This document shows, piece by piece, positions 56,198 through 64,000 of a stretch of 64,000 nucleotides of DNA (position 1 is the first letter of the stretch; every line of letters begins with the position of its first letter). The notes under the pieces were generated by a model. The model ran no database searches. It worked only from the letters and a program-made list of their open reading frames with translations, and had not been told where the DNA came from. The DNA comes from an uncultured bacterium (GTDB lineage Bacteria; Cyanobacteriota; Vampirovibrionia; Gastranaerophilales; Gastranaerophilaceae): the NCBI GenBank assembly GCA_902774905.1, contig CACYKF010000003.1, positions 2,174 to 66,173 of the forward strand, given 5' to 3'. The translations under genes were made by a program, and so were the position numbers.

Positions 56198-58039
56198 ATG
56201 AAACTTGAATCAACAACAGCAAAAAATTCATTCAAATACGGTTGGCTATTAACAAGGATATGGCCATATATAAAACCATATTGGTTTAGAATACTTTTAG
56301 GGTTTGCAGTTGCAGTACCTTTAGGGTTATTAGATGGTGTGACAGCATTTGCGCTAAAACCATATATGGATTATGTAATTGGCGGACAGAACCTTGAATT
56401 TAGTGCATTTAAGCATGCTTTTGTAATTACAAGCGTTCAAATGGCGTATATTTTACCGTTTGCAGTTGTCATTTTTGCAGGTGTTCAGGGCTTATTGAGA
56501 TATTTAAACGGATACCTTTCCACTTGGACATCTCAAAGAATTACAAATGATATAAAATTTGATTTGTTTAAAAAATTAATCTATATGCATCCGCAATTTT
56601 TTGATGAAAATTCCTCGGGGGTAATAATTCAAAGATATATGAACGATCCGCAAACGGCTTCAACAGGAATAATTGATCAGATAAAAAGTATTACAACAAG
56701 TTTATTCGGCGCATTAGGTTTAGTTGCAGTAATGCTTTACAGTTCCTGGAAACTTGCAATTATCGGTGTTGTGGTTCTGTGTGCGGCATTTATACCGGTT
56801 GCACTTATAAGAAAAAGAATAAAAAGTGCTTCAAACAAAAATATGGTAATAGGCGGTAATATTACAACCAACATAAATGAAACATATTCTGGCAACAAAG
56901 TAATGGCTGCTTATCAACTTCAAGACAGACAAGACAAATATTTTAGAGAACAAACTTGGAATGCTTTTAGGGTAAACATGTCTTTATATAAAAGAGCAGG
57001 CTGGATGTCCCCGATTATGTATTTGATTGCGTCATTCGGAATTGCAACTGTTTTAGGCTTTGGGACATATTTGATTAATTCCGGTCAAATGACTGCAGGA
57101 AGTTTTGCATCATTCGTAACCTCTTTATTATTACTCTACAAACCAGTTAAGAATTTAGGGAATACTCTTACTGATATTCAGACTTTATTTGTTGCGTTGG
57201 GTCGTGTATTTGAATTGTTTGATTTAAAAACAGAAATCAATGACATACCAAACGCAAAAGAACTTAAAGGTTTTAACGATTCTATTAAATTTGAGCATGT
57301 ATATTTTGAATATTTGCCTAATGAACCGGTGCTAAAAGACTTAAATCTTGTTGTACCTAAAAATGAAACCCTTGCTATCGTTGGGAATTCCGGAGGAGGG
57401 AAATCTACACTTGTAAACCTTATCCCTCGTTTTTACGATATCAAGTCAGGATCTATAAAATTTGACAATGTTGATATAAGAGAATTTACCCTTGACTCGT
57501 TGCGAAAAAATATTTCAATGGTATTTCAGGACAATTTCTTATACACGGGAACTATAAGAGAAAATATTATGATGGGTAATTTTGATGCAACTGAAGATGA
57601 ACTCAGAATGGCAATAGAATCAGCGCATCTTGAAGAAATGATTGCTGATTTACCGTCAGGTCTTGATACAATGCTTGGAGAAAGAGGTTTAACACTCTCA
57701 GGCGGTCAAAGACAAAGAGTCGCAATAGCAAGAGCAATGTTAAGAAACGCACCGATTGTAATTCTTGATGAAGCGACATCCGCACTTGACAATGAATCGG
57801 AAGCAATTGTTCAAAAAGCAATGGATAACCTTATGAAAGACCGTACGGTATTTATTATTGCTCACAGACTTTCTACAATTAAAAATGCAAACAGAATAGC
57901 GGTAATAAATGAGGGTGAACTTGTCGAACTCGGCACTCACGAAGAACTCATGAGTATTGAAAACGGTCAGTATAAGGCTTTATATGATATGCAATTTAAA
58001 AAGCAGGAAGGTGAAAATTTAGAACAGGCATTATGCTAA
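56198..58039 (+). CDS. ABC exporter, MsbA-like lipid A/lipid flippase
   Basis: Six-TM exporter domain. The NBD has GNSGGGKST, LSGGQRQR and ILDEATSALD. It lies next to kpsF. Confidence 0.85.
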   Translation: MKLESTTAKNSFKYGWLLTRIWPYIKPYWFRILLGFAVAVPLGLLDGVTAFALKPYMDYVIGGQNLEFSAFKHAFVITSVQMAYILPFAVVIFAGVQGLLRYLNGYLSTWTSQRITNDIKFDLFKKLIYMHPQFFDENSSGVIIQRYMNDPQTASTGIIDQIKSITTSLFGALGLVAVMLYSSWKLAIIGVVVLCAAFIPVALIRKRIKSASNKNMVIGGNITTNINETYSGNKVMAAYQLQDRQDKYFREQTWNAFRVNMSLYKRAGWMSPIMYLIASFGIATVLGFGTYLINSGQMTAGSFASFVTSLLLLYKPVKNLGNTLTDIQTLFVALGRVFELFDLKTEINDIPNAKELKGFNDSIKFEHVYFEYLPNEPVLKDLNLVVPKNETLAIVGNSGGGKSTLVNLIPRFYDIKSGSIKFDNVDIREFTLDSLRKNISMVFQDNFLYTGTIRENIMMGNFDATEDELRMAIESAHLEEMIADLPSGLDTMLGERGLTLSGGQRQRVAIARAMLRNAPIVILDEATSALDNESEAIVQKAMDNLMKDRTVFIIAHRLSTIKNANRIAVINEGELVELGTHEELMSIENGQYKALYDMQFKKQEGENLEQALC

Positions 58040-58080
58040 CCCTCTCAAATGTTAAGAAAAGTCTCATTTTTCTTAACATA

Positions 58081-58108
58081 TTGCATGTTTTCAAATTCCA
58101 TATATAAT
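58081..58108 (+). promoter_or_regulatory. sigma-70-type promoter of the HU gene
   Basis: TTGCAT-16 nt-TATAAT, 32 nt upstream of the ATG. Confidence 0.55.
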
Positions 58109-58139
58109 AGTCATGTTTAGTTAAGAAAGGAGATTTGTT

Positions 58140-58412
58140 ATGAACAAAGAAGAATTAGTTGCTGAAATCGCTAAAGGCGCAAAAGTTTCTAAAAAAGATG
58201 CTGCATCTGTATTGGCTGCAACAATCGAAACTATTGAAAAAGCAGTAAAAAAAGGTGACAAAGTTACTTTAGTTGGCTTTGGTACTTTTGAAGCTCGCAA
58301 AAGAGCAGCAAGAACTGGCAGAAACCCACAAACAGGTAAAGAAATTAAAATCGCTGCAAAAACAGTTCCTGCATTCTCAGCTGGTAAAAAATTCAAAGAA
58401 TTAGTAAAATAG
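58140..58412 (+). CDS. hup: DNA-binding protein HU
   Basis: MNKEELV...GFGTFEARKRAARTGRNPQTGKEIKI..., the canonical HU/IHF fold signature. Confidence 0.95.
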   Translation: MNKEELVAEIAKGAKVSKKDAASVLAATIETIEKAVKKGDKVTLVGFGTFEARKRAARTGRNPQTGKEIKIAAKTVPAFSAGKKFKELVK

Positions 58413-58428
58413 TTCTTTATAAGAATTA

Positions 58429-58466
58429 AAAAAGACCGTTTGGCATTTTGCCAAACGGTCTTTTTT
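58429..58466. terminator. bidirectional intrinsic terminator
   Basis: aaaagaccgtttggca / tgccaaacggtctttt, between convergent HU and permease genes. Confidence 0.8.
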
Positions 58467-58527
58467 AATTAAGCAATTAGACAAAGCATGCTAAAACTAT
58501 ATTCTTCTGGTTATATTATTCAAACAC

Positions 58528-60057
58528 TTATCCGCGTTTTTGTTCCCCAATACGCTTTTGCCTGTACCCGTATAAAACATAGATCAAAAATCCGACTGCA
58601 AGCCATATAATAAAGTAATTTGAAGATGTTTTTAAAGTATTTAAAGAGAAAAATATCAAAACAAGGCAAATCAAAATACCAACAAGAGGCAAAACAGGTG
58701 AAAACGGGACTTTAAACGGTCTGTGAGTATCAGGATTTGTCTTTCTCAAAATTAATACCGCAAGACAAATTATTACAAAAGATGTAAATGTACCGTAATT
58801 ACACAAATCTGCCGATATTTTCAAATCCATAAACAATCCGCACACAATTACCACGATACCTGAAATCCAAGTCATAACATGCGGAGTTTTAAATTTTTTA
58901 TGAATCATTCTCCATGAACGAGGCAAAAATCTGTCACGGCTAATGGCGTATAAAATTCTTGTTGTACCGAGTTGATATACAAGCAGAACAGTAGTCAAAG
59001 CGCACAAGGCACCTATTGAAATAAATCCTGCAAACCAATCCTTACCGACAAATTTCATAGCATGTGCAATCGGTGCAAGCGAATCAATCTGATGAAGCGG
59101 AACAATTCCGGTTAAAACAAGAGCAACACATACATAAAGAACAGTACATATCACAAGTGTTCCCAAAATTGCGACAGGCAAATCTCTTTGGGGTTTTTCT
59201 GTTTCTTCTGCAGCCGTAGAAATGGCATCAAAGCCGATATATGCAAAAAATATTGTAAATGTTCCCATCAAAATGCCGCTTACAGGTTCAACAGGCAAAA
59301 ACGGATGCCAATTTTCAGGTTTTACATAATGAGAACCTATTATGATAAAGGAAAGAATCATAAACAAATTCACCCCGACCATAATACTTGCAACCTTTGT
59401 CGATTCTTTAACACCCTTTATAAGTAATAATGTCAGAACTAAAACAATTACAACAGCAGGCAAATTTACTGCAACAGGGATTTTATCGAATATAAACGGA
59501 ATCTTGTCGTGAATATCCCACCCGTATTTATCACACATTGAATATAATGCTCTGTAATCATATCTTAACCAAATAGGGAAATTCAAAACAAAATCCGGCA
59601 AATACGCTCTAAAGCCTTTTAAAAACTGCATAAAATACCCTGACCACGCACTTGCAACAGTAATATTGCCGATTGCGTACTCAAGCATCAGAATCCAGCC
59701 GACCATCCAAGCCATGAATTCTCCCATCGTAGCATAAGTGTATGTGTAAGCACTACCCGCAACAGGAATCATTGAAGCGATTTCACTATAACAAAGCGCC
59801 GGAACTATGCAAGCAACCGCAGCCAAAACCATTGAAATTACAATTGCATGACCTGCACCCGCACTTTCAGAATTGCCTGTAATAGCCGCTCCTACAATTG
59901 CAAAAATTCCCGTACCAACAACTGCACCAATACCGATTACAATAAGGTCAAAAACATTCAAGGTCTTTTTTAATTCAGTCTTTTTACTTGTCTGAATTAA
60001 ATCTTCGATACTTCTTTTTTTAAATATATTTCGGCAAATATTTTTTAATAATTCCAT
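58528..60057 (-). CDS. APC-superfamily amino acid permease (copy B)
   Basis: About 12-14 TM helices and an N-terminal LxKTLxVxDLIxxGxGAxxGxGIF motif. Paralogous to the upstream gene. Confidence 0.85.
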   Translation of the reverse strand: MELLKNICRNIFKKRSIEDLIQTSKKTELKKTLNVFDLIVIGIGAVVGTGIFAIVGAAITGNSESAGAGHAIVISMVLAAVACIVPALCYSEIASMIPVAGSAYTYTYATMGEFMAWMVGWILMLEYAIGNITVASAWSGYFMQFLKGFRAYLPDFVLNFPIWLRYDYRALYSMCDKYGWDIHDKIPFIFDKIPVAVNLPAVVIVLVLTLLLIKGVKESTKVASIMVGVNLFMILSFIIIGSHYVKPENWHPFLPVEPVSGILMGTFTIFFAYIGFDAISTAAEETEKPQRDLPVAILGTLVICTVLYVCVALVLTGIVPLHQIDSLAPIAHAMKFVGKDWFAGFISIGALCALTTVLLVYQLGTTRILYAISRDRFLPRSWRMIHKKFKTPHVMTWISGIVVIVCGLFMDLKISADLCNYGTFTSFVIICLAVLILRKTNPDTHRPFKVPFSPVLPLVGILICLVLIFFSLNTLKTSSNYFIIWLAVGFLIYVLYGYRQKRIGEQKRG

Positions 60058-60060
60058 CGG

Positions 60061-61653
60061 CTATTTATTTTCACTTTCTTCATCTCTCAAAAAACCTCTG
60101 ACAAGTTCTCTGTGAACTCTGTTTTCGTTATCACGGTTTCTGATAAACCCGTACAACAAATAAATTATCGCCCCGACACCAAGCCACACAGGAAATAATA
60201 ATGCTGAACTGCCTGCTTCCATAGACTTATAAACCATTAATCCCCCGCAGCACAAAATACCTAATATAGGCAAAAGCGGTGAAAAAGGGACTTTAAAAGG
60301 TCTTGGTCTGTTCGGGTCAGTATGTCTTAAAATTAAAACTGCCAAACATACAATTATAAAAGATGTAAATGTTCCGTAATTACAAAGTTCTGCGGCAACA
60401 CTTAAATTTAATGTTAAAATACCCAAAACCGCAAGTCCTCCGACTGTCCAGGTTAAAAGAGCAGGGGTTTTAAATTTCGGGTGAATTTTTTGAAATCTTT
60501 TGGATATAAAATGATCTCGACTCATAGCGTACAAAATTCTTGTTGCTGCCATTTCCAAAACAAGCAATACAGATGTTAAACCCGCCAAAGAACCTATAGA
60601 AATCAAACCGGCTGCCCAATTTTGTTTTGCAAGCATCATACAATAAGCCATTGGGGCTTTTAGAAAATCGGCACTGACAGGAACGCTTGTATCAACCATA
60701 CCTGTCAAAACAAGTGCAACAAGCACATAAACAATAGTCGTAACAATCAAAGAACCGATAATTCCAACAGGCAAATCTTTTTGCGGATTTTTACATTCTT
60801 CAGCCGCAGTAGCCAAAGCATCAAATCCGATATAAGCAAAGAAAATTAAAAATGCGCCTGCAAATATACCTGCCGCACCATTTGGAGCAAACGGAGTCCA
60901 ATTTTCAGGTCTTACAAAAAATGCGCCTGCAATTACAAATAACGCAATGACGGCAAGTTTTATTACAACCATCAACCCTGCCATTTTAGCGGAATCCTTT
61001 GTTCCTTTAACCAAAATAGCAGTCATTAAAAGAACAATAAAAATCGCAGGAATATTTATACAAATAGGAACTCCAAAAAATGTCGGAACAGTAATATCAG
61101 GATTTTCTGCAACCATTTTTGATACAGTAAATACATCATTAGTCATCCAAACAGGCGGATGACTAATCCACTCAGGCAACCCCGGGAACCCTTGCAAAAA
61201 CTGCATCAAATGGTTAGACCACGCACATGCAACCGCAATAAAACCGATAGCATATTCAAGCATCAAAACCCAACCGACCATCCACGCTGCAAATTCACCC
61301 AATGTTGCAAATGTGTAAGTATAAGCACCACCTGCAACAGGAATCATTGTAGCAAATTCACTGTAACATAATGCTGAAAATACACAGGCAATAGCAGCAA
61401 TTATCATTGAGACTACAAGCCCCGGACCTGCACCTAAAGATGAACCGTCTCCAGCGGCAGCAATACCGACAATCGCAAAAATACCCGAGCCGATAATTGC
61501 ACCGACACCAAGTATAATCAAATCCCAAACCCCAAGCGTTTTTTCAAGACTGCTGTTTTTAGCGTCAGCAAGCATTTCGTCAGGGTTTTTAATTCTTGTA
61601 ATATTTTTCAAAAAATTGCGAGTAAATGTCGCTCTGTTAAATTTTTCAGCCAT
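60061..61653 (-). CDS. APC-superfamily amino acid permease (copy A)
   Basis: Same architecture as copy B (LEKTLGVWDLIILGVGAIIGSGIFAIVG...). A 3-nt gap separates it from copy B. Confidence 0.85.
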   Translation of the reverse strand: MAEKFNRATFTRNFLKNITRIKNPDEMLADAKNSSLEKTLGVWDLIILGVGAIIGSGIFAIVGIAAAGDGSSLGAGPGLVVSMIIAAIACVFSALCYSEFATMIPVAGGAYTYTFATLGEFAAWMVGWVLMLEYAIGFIAVACAWSNHLMQFLQGFPGLPEWISHPPVWMTNDVFTVSKMVAENPDITVPTFFGVPICINIPAIFIVLLMTAILVKGTKDSAKMAGLMVVIKLAVIALFVIAGAFFVRPENWTPFAPNGAAGIFAGAFLIFFAYIGFDALATAAEECKNPQKDLPVGIIGSLIVTTIVYVLVALVLTGMVDTSVPVSADFLKAPMAYCMMLAKQNWAAGLISIGSLAGLTSVLLVLEMAATRILYAMSRDHFISKRFQKIHPKFKTPALLTWTVGGLAVLGILTLNLSVAAELCNYGTFTSFIIVCLAVLILRHTDPNRPRPFKVPFSPLLPILGILCCGGLMVYKSMEAGSSALLFPVWLGVGAIIYLLYGFIRNRDNENRVHRELVRGFLRDEESENK

Positions 61654-61747
61654 TTCGTTCCTTTTAATTTAATGTAGGGGAAATACACCCCGAACTACAC
61701 TTTCCTAATCATAAATGTACTCTGAAACAGGTTCAGAATAACATTTA

Positions 61748-62620
61748 TTATTTACATAGAGGGAATCCCATTTCTTCACGCTGTGCTACATAGAGTTTTG
61801 CAACAGCAGAAGCCATAGTTCTTACCCTGCCGATAAAGTTGTTACGCTCGTCTTTACTTATTACCCCTCTTGCATCCAAAAGGTTGAAAGTATGAGAACA
61901 CTTCAAAACATAATCATAGGCAGGCAAAACAAGTTTTGCATTAACGCAGTTATCCACTTCTTTTTGATAAATATCAAAACTTTTGAACAAATCATCTGAA
62001 TTTGAAACCTCAAAATTATATTTTGACTGTTCCACTTCGTTTTGATGGTAAACCTCGCCATAAGTAATATTATCATTCCACATGATATCGAATACAGAAG
62101 ATTTATTCTGCAAATACATTGCGATTCTTTCCAAACCGTATGTAAGTTCTAACGCAACAGGTTTAATTTCAAGTCCGCCAACCTGCTGGAAGTATGTAAA
62201 CTGAGTAACTTCCATACCATCAAGCCAAACTTCCCAGCCTACGCCTGCAGCACCGAGAGTCGGAGATTCCCAGTTATCTTCGACAAAACGAACATCATGT
62301 TCTTTCAAATCAATTCCCATAGCCTCAAGGCTGCGCAAATAGAGTTCCTGCGCATCATCAGGACAAGGTTTCAGGATAACCTGAAACTGAAAATAATGTC
62401 CAAGACGATTGGGGTTTTCGCCATATCTTGCATCTGTCGGGCGTCTGCAGGGTTCAATCATAGCGGTTGACCAGGGTTCAGGACCCAACACTCTTAAAAA
62501 AGTTGCGGGGTTCATTGTAGATGCCCCTTTTTCAATGTCATAAGGCTGTTCAATTATACATCCGTAATCAGCCCAAAATTTTTGTAAGTTTAAAACTAAG
62601 TTTTGAAAATTTAATGCCAT
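61748..62620 (-). CDS. glyQ: glycine--tRNA ligase alpha subunit
   Basis: [17 protein letters not shown]...QPSRRP-like [15 protein letters not shown]...FEVSN. Start trimmed to MALNFQ. Confidence 0.95.
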   Translation of the reverse strand: MALNFQNLVLNLQKFWADYGCIIEQPYDIEKGASTMNPATFLRVLGPEPWSTAMIEPCRRPTDARYGENPNRLGHYFQFQVILKPCPDDAQELYLRSLEAMGIDLKEHDVRFVEDNWESPTLGAAGVGWEVWLDGMEVTQFTYFQQVGGLEIKPVALELTYGLERIAMYLQNKSSVFDIMWNDNITYGEVYHQNEVEQSKYNFEVSNSDDLFKSFDIYQKEVDNCVNAKLVLPAYDYVLKCSHTFNLLDARGVISKDERNNFIGRVRTMASAVAKLYVAQREEMGFPLCK

Positions 62621-62710
62621 AACATATTCCAATATTGTATAGTGTACACTCGTTCAATAACGATATTACAAATATAGCACAAAAACAAGAATATATTAAT
62701 TAAATGATAC

Positions 62711-62737
62711 AAAAAAAAGCGGGAAAAATTTTCCCGC
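62711..62737 (-). terminator. intrinsic terminator downstream of the GT8 gene
   Basis: gcggga...tcccgc hairpin followed by T8 on the minus strand. It lies 170 nt after the GT8 stop. Confidence 0.7.
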
Positions 62738-62907
62738 AATAAAGTAAGTTAAGTTTTTTTATTTAATTATTTTTTACATTAAATTTTATCTGCTAATCTA
62801 TCATTGATACAAATAATTTCAATATCCTTAAGAGTTTGGTTATTACACTATCAAGACATTACCGAAGATATTTTTCTACATTATAAACCGGTATTATTAC
62901 TGATATT

Positions 62908-63927
62908 TTAGGCATGTTTTTTCCTTCTAAATTTAAATTTAATCCCCAATATGGTAATTATCTTATGTGTTCTATCTCCACTATTTTTAGCACTAAATAA
63001 GAAACGATAAATATTGGTAAATTGAGACTTTAAAACATAATATAGAATATATTTAATCGCCTTTTTTGCATATTTTGTGTTAAGAAGTGCAAAATAATAG
63101 TCAAAAGCATAAAAATCAGTATTGAATGTCCATGGTTTGCGTTTATTATTGTAATGAACAATGACAATATTCTTTTTTGCATCATTCAATTCTTTCAGAC
63201 AATATTTTGAATAATAAGGCTTTTCCCCCATATTTTGCTGATAATTATATTTAGGATTTAACCACAAAACATTGTCTTTAAAAGTGTAATTCAAAACATC
63301 CTGATCTTGCCAAACAAGCAAACCCTGTTCATATAAATTTTGCGTATTTTCAAAAAATACAGGAGTTAAATTTTCCTCAACTAATTTCCTATTATTAAAT
63401 AAAATTACACCAGCATTAAATTCGGCATTAATACCGAGACGCTTCTCATCTTTCGGGGAAAAATACGGATTCATTTCCTGAACCACTGCACAGTACTTAT
63501 CCCCTAAATCTATATTATATAAGTCCGAAAGAGATTTTTTCACAATTATATCACAATCGAGATACAAAACTTTTTCTAATTGAGGTTTAATTTTTGGAAT
63601 AATATACCTGTAATATGTTTGTCTTGTAATATGACTGCAATTGGGGACTAAAGGACAATCTTTAAATATATTATTATCAATTTTTATAAATTCAATATCA
63701 AAATTTTTTATTCTTTTTAATTCTAAAATTATCTGTTTACTTCTATCCGAGATATCATCATCCAAAATATGAAAAAAATGAAAATCATTATCATTAGCAT
63801 TTAAAAGAATAGACGACAAAACTGCAGTTAAATGCATAGCAAAATTTTCATCACTTGCAAAAAATATATGCATAATACCAGCAGTACTACTCATTATACA
63901 CATCTTTTCTTCACATTCTGCTATCAC
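62908..63927 (-). CDS. glycosyltransferase family 8 (LPS glycosyltransferase-like)
   Basis: IFFASDENFAMHL...SSIL, the DxD motif in YLDCDIIV and a C-terminal VHYNNKRKPW. GTG start with an AAAGGAG RBS. Confidence 0.8.
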   Translation of the reverse strand: MIAECEEKMCIMSSTAGIMHIFFASDENFAMHLTAVLSSILLNANDNDFHFFHILDDDISDRSKQIILELKRIKNFDIEFIKIDNNIFKDCPLVPNCSHITRQTYYRYIIPKIKPQLEKVLYLDCDIIVKKSLSDLYNIDLGDKYCAVVQEMNPYFSPKDEKRLGINAEFNAGVILFNNRKLVEENLTPVFFENTQNLYEQGLLVWQDQDVLNYTFKDNVLWLNPKYNYQQNMGEKPYYSKYCLKELNDAKKNIVIVHYNNKRKPWTFNTDFYAFDYYFALLNTKYAKKAIKYILYYVLKSQFTNIYRFLFSAKNSGDRTHKIITILGIKFKFRRKKHA

Positions 63928-64000
63928 TTAACTTACTCCTTTGTTAAATACTTACACTCCATTTTATGCAATTTAACAAAACATTTTTTCGTTTATTATG

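Noticed and set aside
58049-58079. 12-bp inverted repeat atgttaagaaaa/ttttcttaacat after msbA as an operator for the HU gene
   Set aside because: It lies immediately after the msbA-like stop and upstream of the HU -35 box. An AU-rich terminator or 3'-end hairpin of the msbA transcript is the simpler explanation.
58121-58396. 91-aa ORF antisense to the HU gene, and many similar track ORFs (e.g. 1958-2155, 10385-10744, 10784-11167, 23853-24191, 39403-39840, 49521-49913, 50394-50615, 61159-61371)
   Set aside because: They lie entirely inside, and antisense or out of frame to, strongly supported genes. They lack RBSs and have low-complexity or hydrophobic shadow-like translations.
62738-62907. 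170-nt untranslated stretch between the GT8 stop and its terminator as an sRNA
   Set aside because: I could find no promoter, conserved structure or ORF. It cannot be distinguished from a long 3' UTR without expression data.
1-64000. CRISPR arrays, IS elements, integrases, rRNA operons
   Set aside because: I noticed no regularly spaced direct repeats, no transposase- or integrase-like ORF, and no rRNA-like sequence while reading the window.

Overview
AT-rich bacterial chromosomal segment with about 60 protein genes and one tRNA-Gly. I saw no rRNA, CRISPR array, transposase or integrase. Most of it is housekeeping: glmS, corA, der, yceD-rpmF-plsX-fabH, an IDH-family dehydrogenase, dapB, an FtsI-like PBP with murE, metG, an M24B aminopeptidase, a SpoU/TrmH methyltransferase, speE, a HIT protein, grpE and dnaJ, an lpd-like flavoprotein, alr, kpsF-like, msbA-like, HU, two tandem APC permeases and glyQ. 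Envelope genes (SLH-domain protein, GT9 heptosyltransferase-like, GT8, KpsF, MsbA-like) suggest a diderm with LPS and an SLH-tethered outer membrane, as in Melainabacteria/Vampirovibrionia or Negativicutes; this is inference only. Signalling modules are an anti-sigma/ECF-sigma/Spy-like operon with an ECF-type promoter, and a GAF-HD-GYP + TPR + NarL-type regulator operon with no kinase. The most unusual locus is the tightly packed minus-strand cluster at 44.3-51.4 kb. It encodes a 1162-aa protein (globular N-domain, about 650 residues of acidic low complexity, one TM helix, TonB_C-like C-terminus), a divergent sigma-70-like protein, and a triple-zinc-ribbon P-loop/TPR (STAND-like) NTPase, followed by a 10-TM permease with a GCCHHH motif. 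Other items worth a second look: a 468-aa orphan with flagellin-like architecture; an isolated tail-collar/LamG fibre-like gene pair next to tRNA-Gly; small orphan genes behind a duplicated terminator-promoter cassette; perfect palindromes over promoters; a GAPDH-N-terminus mini-ORF coupled to fabH by TAATG; an L32 with a Lys/Ala-rich tail. All functional calls come from motif reading by eye, with no database searches.
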